A stretch of DNA of 59,862 bases, filler included. It is 5 parts of 5 records of this genome, joined end to end, with 100 filler letters (N's around TTAATTAATTAA, not from the genome) between each part and the next. Parts side by side here need not be neighbours in the genome. Positions count along the whole stretch, not along the records: positions 44,062 to 51,982 come from SRR2962707_4634; positions 52,083 to 59,862 come from SRR2962707_4635; 3 more parts are not named here. One strand, written 5' to 3'. The position numbers and the translations under genes were made by a program. The notes beneath the pieces are model-generated. The model ran no database searches, was not told where the DNA came from, and saw only the letters and a list, made by a program, of their open reading frames with translations. Positions 49,493 to 59,862 of the stretch are shown in pieces (position 1 is the first letter of the stretch; each line of letters begins with the position of its first letter).

Positions 49493-50989
49493 TCAGTTCG
49501 CCGCGTCGGTTTCCTTCATCGTCTCAAACAGCCGCACATAAAAGGCGACCGCCTCGCCCATGTTTTCGACCGATACCCGCTCATTGGTGCCGTGGAACCG
49601 CGCCATGTCCTCCGGCGCCATGCGGATCGGGATGAACCGGAACACATTATCCGTGATCGGCAGATAGTGGCGCGAATCCGTGCCGCCCACGACGAGGTAG
49701 GGCGCGGCAATGACGCCGGGAAAGCTTTCGCCGATCACGCGGGTGATGAGCTGGTAGCCGTCGCCCTCGATGTTCGAGACTGCAGACGCCTCGCGAATGC
49801 CGTCGAGCGGCGCGATTTCGACTTCGGGGTCGTCCACCGCGTCCCGCACATGGGCAAGAATGCTGTCTGCCGTGTCGCGCGGATGAATGCGGAAATTGAC
49901 CACCGCGCGCGCTTCCGGCGGCAGCACGTTTTCCTTCACGCCGCCTTCGATGATGGTCGGCGCAATCGTCGTCTGAAGCTGCGCCGCGCTCGAAGGGCTT
50001 CCCTCCATCACGCCGCGCACGATGGGCTCGAACAGCCAGAGATTGGCATAGACCATCCGCTGCAGGAACGGCACGGCGGGCGCAAGGCTCTCGATCATGC
50101 CGCGCGTCGCGCCGTCCACACGCGCCTCGAACGGATCGTTGCCGATCCGCTCCAGCGCCCGGGCAAGACGGCCGATGGCGGTCTGCGCAGCGGGCGAGGG
50201 CATCGAGGAATGTCCGCCTTTCGAATAGGCGACGACGTCGAGCGAGATCGAACCCTTCTCCGCAACGCCGATCATCGCGACAGGCGCATTGACGCCCGGC
50301 AGGATGCCGTGGCCGATCACGCCGCCTTCATCCTTCACCCAGGCGAGCTTCACGCCGCGTGTCTGCAGCAGCCCGGCAAGCGCCTTGTTGCCCTCGCCGC
50401 CGCCGATCTCCTCATCATGCCCGAACGCGAACAGGATCGTGCGCGCGGGCTGAAAGCCCTCTGCCGCAAGGCGTTCGGCCGCTTCCACCATCGCGATCAG
50501 CGAACCCTTGTTGTCGATGGTGCCGCGTCCCCAGACATAGCCGTCCGCGATGACGCCGCCGAAAGGAGGCTGTTCCCATTGACCCTCCGTCCCCGGAGCA
50601 ATCGGCACCACGTCGATATGCGACATCAAAAGCACGGGATCGAGCGAGGCGTCCGTCCCCTCCCAGGTATAGAAGAGCGTCGCCCCGCCCACGATCTCGC
50701 GGCGCGTCGCCGCCGTGAAGGCCGGGTAGGTCGCGTCCATCCAGTCGCGGAAACCTTCGAACGCCTCCGCCGATCGCGCGATCTCTGCTTCGTCCGCGCC
50801 GGACTGGTGCGAGATCGTGCGGAACCGCACCGCCTCGGCCAGGTGCTGCGCCGCGCCTTCCGCGTCGATGCTGTCCGCCGCGCCGACATCGGCAAGTTCC
50901 ATCGCCGGCACCATCAGCGTCCGCCCGATCACAATGGCGATCAGCAGAACGGCGATCACGCCCGCCCCGATCAGAATGCGCTTCAGCAT
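49493..50989 (-). CDS. M20 family peptidase/amidohydrolase (PM20D1/CPS-like) with N-terminal anchor
   Basis: [47 protein letters not shown]. Confidence 0.92.
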   Translation of the reverse strand: MLKRILIGAGVIAVLLIAIVIGRTLMVPAMELADVGAADSIDAEGAAQHLAEAVRFRTISHQSGADEAEIARSAEAFEGFRDWMDATYPAFTAATRREIVGGATLFYTWEGTDASLDPVLLMSHIDVVPIAPGTEGQWEQPPFGGVIADGYVWGRGTIDNKGSLIAMVEAAERLAAEGFQPARTILFAFGHDEEIGGGEGNKALAGLLQTRGVKLAWVKDEGGVIGHGILPGVNAPVAMIGVAEKGSISLDVVAYSKGGHSSMPSPAAQTAIGRLARALERIGNDPFEARVDGATRGMIESLAPAVPFLQRMVYANLWLFEPIVRGVMEGSPSSAAQLQTTIAPTIIEGGVKENVLPPEARAVVNFRIHPRDTADSILAHVRDAVDDPEVEIAPLDGIREASAVSNIEGDGYQLITRVIGESFPGVIAAPYLVVGGTDSRHYLPITDNVFRFIPIRMAPEDMARFHGTNERVSVENMGEAVAFYVRLFETMKETDAAN

Positions 50990-51361
50990 GGATATTCCCC
51001 CCGGCCCTTTATTCTTCTGGTTGGCGTGGCCGCTATTGCTGCCAGCCTTTGCGTTCTCACTTTACATTCTCTCATGGCTGCCCCGGCAGTTCCTGTCAAA
51101 CGGCGCTCCCGCCCGTTTCTCCCTGCCAGTTCCTCCGGGGGTTCCCCGTTGTCCCCAATATTATGGTGTCGGCCATGGCGCCGCCCGGCCCAAGCCCTTA
51201 TACTGCCGCCACATTTTGGGCCAAAAGCGACCCTAAGCCTCGATGCCGTGCTGGGCGGCGTTCTGCGAGCGGGGTATGTCATGCAAGAGGTCCGGAACGA
51301 TCAGGATCAGAAGGGCCAGACCGGCCAAATGGGTCAGGCTGATGAGAAGGAACGGGGCCCT

Positions 51362-51982
51362 ATGCCGACCATTGCGCTGGTCGACGACGACCGGAATATT
51401 TTGACTTCGGTGAGCATCGCGCTCGAGTCCGAAGGCTATCATGTGCAGACCTACACGGACGGCGCCGCCGCCCTTGCAGGCCTCGCCGCCAATCCGCCGG
51501 ACGTCGCCGTTTTCGACATCAAGATGCCCCGCATGGACGGCATGGAGCTGCTCCGCCGCTTGCGCCAGAAGTCCGACATGCCGGTGATCTTCCTCACCTC
51601 CAAGGATGACGAGATCGACGAATTGTTCGGCCTCAAGATGGGCGCCGACGACTACATCCGTAAGCCCTTCTCGCAGCGCCTCCTTGTCGAGCGCGTGAAG
51701 GCGGTGCTCCGCCGCGCCGCGCCGAAGGCCGAGGGTCCGCCTGCCGAAGGCGCTGTCAATCAGGTCATGGAGCGCGGCAAGCTCCTGCTCGATCCCGAGC
51801 GCCATACCTGCACCTGGGACGAAAAACAGGTCGTCCTCACCGTCACCGAATTCCTGATCCTTCAGGCGCTCGCTCAGCGTCCCGGCTATGTGAAAAGCCG
51901 CGACTCCCTGATGGACGCCGCCTATGACGATCAGGTCTATGTCGACGACCGCACCATCGACAGCCACATCAAGCGGCTGCGC
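51362..51982 (+). CDS. chvI: Response regulator ChvI, 3'-truncated
   Basis: [47 protein letters not shown]; divergent from the pckA region. Confidence 0.93.
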
Positions 51983-52082
51983 NNNNNNNNNNNNNNNNNN
52001 NNNNNNNNNNNNNNNNNNNNNNNNNNTTAATTAATTAANNNNNNNNNNNNNNNNNNNNNNNNNNNNNNNNNNNNNNNNNNNN
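51983..52082. other. Artificial contig-joining linker
   Basis: 44 N + TTAATTAATTAA + 44 N. Confidence 0.98.
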
Positions 52083-52268
52083 ACTCACTCACCCACCCAC
52101 CCACTCACCCACAATATTGCGGCCATCGTTCTCAAGACCTGTTATAATCACATATTGAATCTTCCCTTCATGTTACATATTAAAAACAACGTCTCATAAC
52201 AACTGTAAGGGGAACCACACACCGAACAACCTGGACTCAGGACCACTGTGGGGCCGCAAAGCGATATG

Positions 52269-52360
52269 ATTGGTTGATTTGTCGTCAAACCAATTTTCAT
52301 TGGTGAAAAACCTAACAGCCAATGGGAGCATCGTAAGTTTCCTCCGCGAGCTGTGATTGG
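52269..52360. promoter_or_regulatory. Cluster of five CCAAT/ATTGG boxes
   Basis: ATTGG 52269, CCAAT 52290, ATTGG 52299, CCAAT 52319, ATTGG 52356. Confidence 0.4.
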
Positions 52361-52866
52361 TGAATATGTTTTCATCGAATGATGTTTCAGTATTCTACGA
52401 AAAAGAATAGGAATTTATGGACTTGGGCTGGAGTGACGTGAAGGTTAGAAAGCTCTCAGAAGGTGTATGAGAGGAATTTGTTGCAGGGTATGGCCACGAC
52501 AATCGTGGCCAACGTCGTGGGAGTCAACTTAGCGAGTTGTGGAGCTTCAGATCGTTTCCTGCTCTTGCCTGCGCGTAGTTGTCCAGACAAAGCAAGGGAA
52601 GAGTCTCACAATTGATTGAGGAGAGCTGACGAGCAGGCAGCCAGGGAACCCTGCGCCTATTTTGTTCTTGGCTCCCTTCGTTTCGTTTCCTTTCGTTTCG
52701 TTCCCTTTGTTTCTTTCCTTTGTGGCTTGAAATTGTGGTTTTTGTAGCAGGATTTCCGGCGCTGTACGAAGGAGCTTGAGTGGATCGCTCTGTGTCGATG
52801 TAGAGCGCCCTTCAGCGCCTTGTTGCCCGAGAAAGACTGACTGCTGAGAAGTATTCGTTCAGCAAA

Positions 52867-53886
52867 ATGAGCGGCGCCGAATTTACCGAGAGCATGAGCT
52901 TGCCAGCGGATGCGCCGAAAGACGCGTTTCACTACTTGAAGCGGTTCGACTCGTTCGACGAGTTCGTCGAGGAGTTCCGGAAACCAGGGAACGTTTGCGT
53001 GGACGCTGTGCCCCCACAAGCTCACTTTGAAGGCGAAATAGTTTTTGATATTGTTGGCATTGATTGCAGCATTGCTAATGCGCTGCGCCGCATTGTGCTC
53101 AACGACGTTGAAACAATGGCGGTCGAGCAAGTTATGTACTACCAAAACACGGGCATTATGCAGGACGAAAAACTTGCTCATCGCCTGGGTCTTATCCCCA
53201 TTTTGGCCGATGCCGCCAATTTTGAAGCTCGACCAGAAGCAACGGGTGAGCCAAACGCAACAGAAAACGACACCCTGGTTTTTGAACTTGACGTGGAGTG
53301 CACAGAAGCTGACGTTGACCGCAGCGATCCTTCGAAGCTGTCCAAAACTGTCTACTCTTCCGAGCTGAAGTGGGTTCCGCACGGGTCTCAGGCAGAAAGA
53401 TTCAAGGGGCATGAACCACGCCCATTCCACAGCGACATCATCATCACTCGCTTGGGAGTCGGTCAGAAAATCAAAGCAACCTGCTTTGCGCAAAAAGGAT
53501 CTGGCCGAGACCACTGCAAATGGCAGCCTGCAACTATCTTTTACCGCCAGCTCCCCGTGGTCCGGCTGCTTCAGGATATCAAAGGTGAAGAGGCTGACAC
53601 CTGGAAAAAAGCCGATGTCGCGGACGTGTTTGACATTGAAGGCACAGGGAAAAACAAGAAACTGCAGGTGGCAAGACCGCGAAACTGCACCATGGCGAAG
53701 AACTTTTTGCTTCTGCCTGGAGGTCGGGAAAAAATATTTTTGGGGCACAAGGAGGACCACTTTTTGTTCACAATTGAGCCAATTGGCCAAATGTCTGCAC
53801 GGGAGGTATTTCTTAGAAGCTTGGCGGAGCTCAAGGCGAAGGCTCAGCGGTGCATAGCTTCACTCAATGGAGACAGTGCTTTATAA
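52867..53886 (+). CDS. RPC40: RNA polymerase I/III shared subunit AC40 (RPAC1)
   Basis: FDIVGIDCSIANALRRI, NTGIMQDEKLAHRLGLIPI, VYSSELKW, DIIITRL..GQ, G.GRDHCKWQP, DHFLFTIE. Confidence 0.93.
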   Translation: MSGAEFTESMSLPADAPKDAFHYLKRFDSFDEFVEEFRKPGNVCVDAVPPQAHFEGEIVFDIVGIDCSIANALRRIVLNDVETMAVEQVMYYQNTGIMQDEKLAHRLGLIPILADAANFEARPEATGEPNATENDTLVFELDVECTEADVDRSDPSKLSKTVYSSELKWVPHGSQAERFKGHEPRPFHSDIIITRLGVGQKIKATCFAQKGSGRDHCKWQPATIFYRQLPVVRLLQDIKGEEADTWKKADVADVFDIEGTGKNKKLQVARPRNCTMAKNFLLLPGGREKIFLGHKEDHFLFTIEPIGQMSAREVFLRSLAELKAKAQRCIASLNGDSAL

Positions 53887-53975
53887 TGCCCAGTCCCTCC
53901 TGTGGATCACGAGGTGCTTTTTTTCAAATCAAGTAGATACTAAAAAAAATAAGTCAATTGAAAGCCGGTCGCTCC

Positions 53976-55225
53976 TCATCTTCCGTTGAAATCGCGGTGT
54001 TCGCGCCACGCGGCAAACTCGTCACGCCATGTTCCACGCGCGTGATGATTGATAAAGGAGTCGGATTCGGCGAGGTCCAGCACTCGAACATTACACTGTT
54101 CGGCCGGCAACTGGCGGCATTCTTGTACAGCATGCGTTGTCACTCCTGGCCCTGTCGAGTACAAGACATCTGCTTGACGCTGGACAGTCGTCGCATTGAT
54201 ACGCTGCAGGGCTGTCGTCAAAGCAATTTCCATTAGTCGATGACGTGGGGGCGCCTACGGACAAGCACGGAAAATGCCAATCGCGGAAGGCAACTGCGTA
54301 AGCATTAATGTCGCGTGAATGGCGCAAGTTGCGCGTTCATTTTTAATTGCAATTCGCCACATTTTTACCGCAAAAAAGTAGTTGGCCTGCTGCAACGATG
54401 GCTTCTCAGTGACGGCGTAGAAAAACGGTGCGAATGGTGGGCTGCCAAGATCCCCAGAGGACTGGGACTCGCGTACGCCGCCAGATGCACACTCAAACAT
54501 TTCGCGGATATTGCGATAGTTGTAGACATCAATGTCCGCATACACTCCGCCTTTGAAGAAATTGATAGCGTATCGGGCAAGATCGGTCATTTGACCACGG
54601 TACGCTAAATGCTGGAACACATCAAGGAGATTGAAGCCGTGGAAAGTGCCCACTCTCCCAAGGAGTTCCTCTACCTACAAATCAAATCCAACCAGTCAGT
54701 CAATGGAAAAATATGCGCACCCTAGTCGCGCCAAGCGAGGCAGAGCTGAGGGCAATTCTCACCTTCTCCCGGTTCCAAATCCGAATGTCAAAATCAGGGG
54801 AGTGTTGTCTCCAGGTCGCCAGCGCTTCCTCCTGCTTTGCGGTGAGATCTGAGCCATCACTCCACAACCCATTCCTACTCAGCATACGCAAAAAACAAAC
54901 AAGGGAACGCCAACATCACCAGCAAAGCTGTCTCAAATGCATGCACACACGCACTCACTCACAACCAAAGCAATTTGGCTTCGCATGCAACTCACACAAA
55001 ATGGATTCGAGCAGGCACCAAGCAGAAGGCTCTGACTTTGGATTGAGGATGTTCTTGCCGGCTGGCAACCACTTGGACAAGCCCTTCGACTCTTGGTTCC
55101 GCTCTTTTTATTCCTCCTCCTTCTGCGACAGTTGTTCTCGGCACCAAGTTCACGAAGAGAACTGCAGCTACGCCTGCCAGAACCAGGCAGATGAGCAGGC
55201 CACCCATGGGAGTCCACAAACGCAT
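53976..55225 (-). CDS. Four-exon GT32-like (DXD) glycosyltransferase, ~308 aa; exons 55225-54996, 54874-54763, 54674-54369, 54254-53976
   Basis: Three GT..AG introns (121, 88, 114 nt) give an open frame with an N-terminal TM, VPARIHFV, W...PDF...W, DLARY....GGVYADID, FAAPPRH, TGPG, H...GTW. Confidence 0.8.
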
Positions 55226-55431
55226 AGCTTACAAACACCCACTCAACTCTCGTCAATTCCTACTCATGTACATGCCAGAGCCACACAGAACACAGCGCCT
55301 TCATAACTTAACATTTGCTCTTCCTTCCTGTCAACATGTTCCGACAATAGGAGTGCACTACAACGTTTTTTTTTTTTTGTGAACTGAGGCCAGAATTTCT
55401 CTCGCGACAGGAGAGTGTTTCTGTCGACGAG

Positions 55432-55523
55432 ACGGAGAGAGAGAGAGAGTATCGAGCGAGAGTATCGAGAGTATTATCGAGACTATTTTCGAGAGTATTA
55501 TCGAGAGAGAGAGAGAGAGAGAG
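55432..55523. repeat. (GA)n microsatellites with degenerate TATCGAGAG units
   Basis: GAGAGA runs flanking about six gtat(tat)cgaga-type units. Confidence 0.75.
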
Positions 55524-55897
55524 TGTCAGAGCATCCAGAGTATCGGGAGGAGAGTTAGAGTGGACGTCAGACAGTGTCAGCTGACAAAAGTCGAGTGCAG
55601 CTGTTCCACACCGGTAAAAAGCAACGATCAAGAGGAGAAAAGTGAAGTAAAAAAAAAAAAAAAGAAAAGTACGACGTGCTGCAAGTAAGTTGTAAGTGTG
55701 GAGCACCGCATCAGTGCAGGGAGATTGCCAGTGACAATGGAGGGCGTTGTGGAGCGTGCTGCCGGCTCGATTTTGTTGCGAATTTGAAATTGGTTGGGCG
55801 CAATGCGGGAGGGTCAGGTTGTGTTGTGAAACAGTCGTGGTTGACAGGGTGAGTGAAAAAAGAATAAATAATAGAAAAGAACCTCAATGGCCCCTGC

Positions 55898-58800
55898 TCA
55901 AGGATGGCCACTTTCCCTGCTTTCTTGGGAACCAGGAATCCTGTTGCGAAGATGTGGGGGTGACCGTGCGTGCACGTTCGCGGGGAATTGTGCGTGTGAG
56001 CTTGATGGTGACTGCGTGTTCCTGTGTCTCCCAGTGGACTCCGCCTCAACTTCACGTCGATGAACGGCTCTGCTCAAAGCAGCTGTTGACGAGGCAATAT
56101 TGGACAAACTCGCATTGCGTGCTGTACTATGGTCGCGCTGAAAGGCCTCTGCCAACTGTCGCTCCAACGCTGGGTTCTGGAATAGACGTTGAAGTGCCTC
56201 ACCGCGAATTTCCAACACGGAATCTCGCTACAACCACGCAAGTTCATACAGACGAGGCGGCGTCAGCATTCACCATACCAAGGAGCAAGTATTTAGCAGC
56301 TCAACCGGGGAAGCCAGAGCCAGGCGCAACTGGTAAAAAGAACAAGAAAAGGACGAAGAGAAGAAGAAAACAAAAACGCACCTTCTCTTCTTGCAGCGCG
56401 GCGGCCAAATAAGCGTTAACGGAGTGTTGGTCGAGCGGCGGTAGTTCAGGAACGTGACCATTTCTACTCCATACGTTTCCAAACAGCGAGGTTCCGATGT
56501 CACCCGTCCGAATGCCACAATACGGACCACCTAAGTTGCATTTGCATTCGCCACGGGAGAATCAATCACAACAACCAGCACAATGCATCGCAGACGAGCG
56601 TGCAAATTGACTGTCGAAAACCACCTGTGCTAGGGTCCACGAGTACATTACAAGCAGCGGGTCCAGGGCAAGTGTAGGGCCCTGCTTCAATGGGGAACGC
56701 TGGATCGGACGCATCTAAGCAGCCGAGTCCGAGGGCGTATGGCAATCCTGGAAACCGCAAGGCATTTGCAGACAAGTATCGCGTTCTGAAGGATGCAAGG
56801 AAGTCAAGGATTATTGCACCAAGTTTCACACTTGACCAGCAAAAAAACGAACCAGGGTTTGCCCAAAAATCGTGAGCCTTGTTGCGACAATTCATTCCGA
56901 TTTATCGTGCCGTACAACGTGGTATTGCGAAAAGACAAGTAAGCCCGGGGCAACAAAATGATGATACATAACACAAACGCAAAATTTGAAAAAAAAGAAC
57001 ACAAAACTCACCCAGTTCTCACATTCCCAGCGCAGATTGTCTGGCACCATCATGCACAGCTGTGATGAAGTTGTCACGTTGCCCCGATGCACGTTGGCGA
57101 CCGTGATGGCATCGATGCAGAATTGACAATAAGGCCGCTCCATGTCCATGAAGTTGCCAACGAATGGAAACCTTTTCAATGCTGGTTTTTGGAACCTACG
57201 ATCGTCATACATGGAGCAACAAAAACGTCATTCTTGTTCCACAGAACGAGGCTTCTTCAAAAACGATACGAAATACCCAAAGTTACGATTCAAGAAGAAA
57301 TGGTCAGTGAACGAACTCTTGTGAGTAAGGCAAAACATCTGGCACAGGCGGTCTCAACATCCTGGCTCCGAACTGCAAGTTCCGAAACACAGCATCATGG
57401 ATGCGGTGAAAGTTTGGTTCGTTTAAGCAAAAACAACTGTAAAGCACTTTTCAAGGCAACTTACTCCGGTGAGAAAATCTCCCCACTGTCGAGCATGATT
57501 CCCGCACAGTGGAGCCCCAGCTTCATTTTCTAAAATGTTGCAAGTCACGAGAGCAGGGCAGCGACCTGGCCCATGCAAGGTGGCAACCCCTATCAAAAAC
57601 ATGCAGTTTGCAGAAGGTGGTGAGCGGGCAAGAAACGAGATTCCAGGGACGTCCCTTCCCACATCCCATTCCACCGTCGTCACGAACAAAGCTGATTCGT
57701 GATCGACCAAACCTAGCTTATACCTGTAGTCTTGTCGATGCATCCGTAGTCTGGTTCTTGCTTGTAGATGCCGGGGCTGTCGAACATCAAGAGTGCCACA
57801 ATCACATAACGACGGGGACAAAAAACCCAATACTCAGACGACAACACGAAGCAAAGGTGCTCGTTGCAAACTCACATTTCAACGGCTTCATCAACTTCAA
57901 GTTCACCTGAATGCGTCAGCAGAATCATGGCGTCAAAACAGTGCGATTGGTAGGTCTACACGCCATTTTGCAAAACAAAAGCCTGACTGCCCAGCCTTGC
58001 GGACCATCATTCAAAGGAAGTCCGATTTCCATTGCAACTTCAGCCAACACCTGCTTTGTTGGTTCGGACACCATCTCCATTGTGATGTTGACATTTACGA
58101 GATGTGTCAAAAGCTGTATCGCCGATCAAATATCAACACCCGCATTGCAACAATCAAGTCCGAAGGACAAAAAATCTCAACACAGTGGCCAACACACCCA
58201 GCCTGTTTCTATTGAGTGAACGTACCTCAAAAGTGTCATGCGACAAGGTTACCCTTTGAGGCTTCCTATCTTGAGGTTGATTCAACGGTGTTCCAACAAC
58301 AGGGCTAGTAATTTGATCTGCAACTTCACCAAGTCGTGTGTGTGCGTTGGATACATCCTGGTTCGCGCCAAGGTAAGAATTGGTTGCGCCTTCGTCATCG
58401 CTATCGTCTTCGTCTGCACGAATATTTGAACTTGAAGCACTTGAATCGCCTGTCCCGGGACTTCGTCGCGGGTCTCTCGCAACTAAGCCCTCCTCTAACT
58501 CAAGGAAACTACCTCGCGTTCTACTTTGCGCAGAACCACTGTGCCCTGTGTGCCTGGAGCCGCGCCCTGTACCCCTGGAACCAAAGTTCGGATTGGAGCT
58601 GGTACGACCTTGAGCACGGCTGCCAATCCCACGAGTGGCAACACCGTTACGACGCCGGTGATTCAAAGGACCCCTTTCATCCTCTTCATCTTGCCCACGC
58701 TGCGGGTTGGTGCGGTGCTGGGTTGAACTAGCCTCGCGGTTTCTCGTGAGCCGCTGGTGTGCTTGTGTTAGATCAATCACATGCTTTGGTTGCATTGCGA

Positions 58801-59710
58801 TAGCACGGTCCTGTGCGCGCACATCAGCATGCAAAGAGCAGTACGCGAGACTTTGCCGCCTCAGCCAGAGGCCAAAAAAACACTATTTCGCAGCTGTTGG
58901 AGAACGATTTAGTGGCAACACTGAACTTACCGCGTCCAGTTCCGCAATTTTCTTGAAGCCTAAAGGTTAAATGGTGGACACGAAAAAAGCAAGTTGGGAC
59001 AAAGAACACAACTGCTGCTCAAATTGACTTGGCTCGAATGCTAAGCGCCACGAACACAACAGGGCAACACTCACCGATCAACTCTTGAAAAAACGGGTTG
59101 TCGACCAGGTGGCGAAGTAGCCGCTCACAAGCGCGTCGATTGACTCGTGGGACGTACCTTTCCAAACGCATGGAACACCCCTTTTCAATCTCCTCCAACA
59201 AGTAAAATGGAGTCACATTGAGCAGGTGCAGTGACCTTCTGAAGACAAGTAGGACTGGGCGTGCCACACACAACTTACGTGCAGGCGTCTTTCTTGGCTT
59301 CAAAGTAGCTCCCAGCAATCGTCGCGCACATCTCGCAGTACACATTTGCATGCTTTAGGTGGGGTTGGTACCTACAGTAGTGGAGACAATCCCTCAACGT
59401 CACTCTGCAAATCGCGTGCACACCCGCGAAACTTCTGGACTACGTTCAAGCAGCACGCCCAAAACGACACGAACGCAGCAAACACCATCACTTACACGGA
59501 AGAAAAAGACACTTGGTGAACCGTGGGCGCAAACATGTCGAGGCCATTGTACGTTGAAAAGTCTCTCGATGGTGGGCCTAGAACAGGGTCGTCGGGGTCG
59601 AAGCGTCGCCTGAGAAGGCTCTGGGACGCACTGCATTCTTCACGAAGACCTGGCGCAAGGCAAAGCGCCGCAAGGGCAACACCCGAGGCCCATCCACCAC
59701 CTGCCTTCAT
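55898..59710 (-). CDS. Roughly 16-exon secreted protein (~743 aa) with two 8-Cys repeats (possibly saposin-like)
   Basis: Phase-consistent GT..AG model: 59710-59496, 59371-59279, 59157-59075, 58959-58931, 58810-58226, 58113-57988, 57906-57876, 57750-57724, 57589-57465, 57372-57317, 57195-57012, 56877-56853, 56747-56625, 56530-56382, 56329-56279, 56227-55898. Signal-peptide-like N-terminus; YCxxC..C..VP..CE..NP..GC.D..CP..C..P.CG appears twice. Confidence 0.65.
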
Positions 59711-59862
59711 GATAGATGGCCCTGACAGCCTTCAAAGGACCCCGGCTGCGTCCTCTGGTGCTCCACTCACCTCTCATCACTCGTGCCCAGCATCTCACGC
59801 ATCGTATCTTTCATCTCATATCTTTTTGTTGGCCCACGGTTGGAATGATTGTTAGCGCAAAA

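Noticed and set aside
52657..53790. 377-aa minus-strand ORF
   Set aside because: Antisense to RPC40
55432..55523. Short spaced repeats as a possible CRISPR array
   Set aside because: Units are 9-12 nt, degenerate, without unique spacers or cas genes, and lie in eukaryotic DNA
55747..56412. 221-aa plus-strand ORF with a basic C-terminus
   Set aside because: The basic tract is the reverse complement of an intron polypyrimidine tract of the minus-strand multi-exon gene
59019..59351. Cys-containing ORF as a possible RING finger
   Set aside because: Cys spacing does not fit; it is a mix of intron and exon 3 of the multi-exon gene

Overview
The window is not one locus. It is five unrelated contigs joined by four artificial 100-nt linkers (44 N + TTAATTAATTAA + 44 N), and they come from at least three organisms. 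(1) 1-8260, a eukaryote, probably a stramenopile-like protist: an intronless clathrin heavy chain with a Met-Gly tail, and a convergent two-exon RanBP2-ZnF/SAP protein. (2) 8361-19798, a high-GC alphaproteobacterium (Parvibaculum-like): dnaE', xth, a PAS_5 protein, erpA, dgt, argS, SPOR, nagZ, scpAB, tatAB, tatC'. (3) 19899-43961, a lower-GC alphaproteobacterium: a BCCT transporter, three c-di-GMP enzymes, and an RpoE/ChrR singlet-oxygen module with ufaD/ufaO-like furan fatty acid genes and three sigmaE promoter motifs, bracketed by two inverted paralogous Cache-GGDEF-EAL genes. It also holds a DctB/DctD-like system whose regulator lacks GAFTGA upstream of a TAXI-TRAP transporter, a NemR-like TetR with an MDR reductase, and ribH2 with an FMN riboswitch. 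(4) 44062-51982, high-GC alphaproteobacterium again: polA', an EcfG-promoter small acidic protein, a frameshifted GST divergent from a YafY/WYL regulator, pckA, an M20 peptidase and chvI'. (5) 52083-59862, eukaryote: RPC40, a four-exon GT32 glycosyltransferase, and a roughly 16-exon secreted protein missed by the ORF track, whose first Cys-rich repeat is split by a 257-codon phase-symmetric exon block. I found no CRISPR array, mobile element, rRNA or tRNA. No clearly new system is demonstrated; the best leads are listed under findings. All calls come from reading the sequence by eye, with no database searches.
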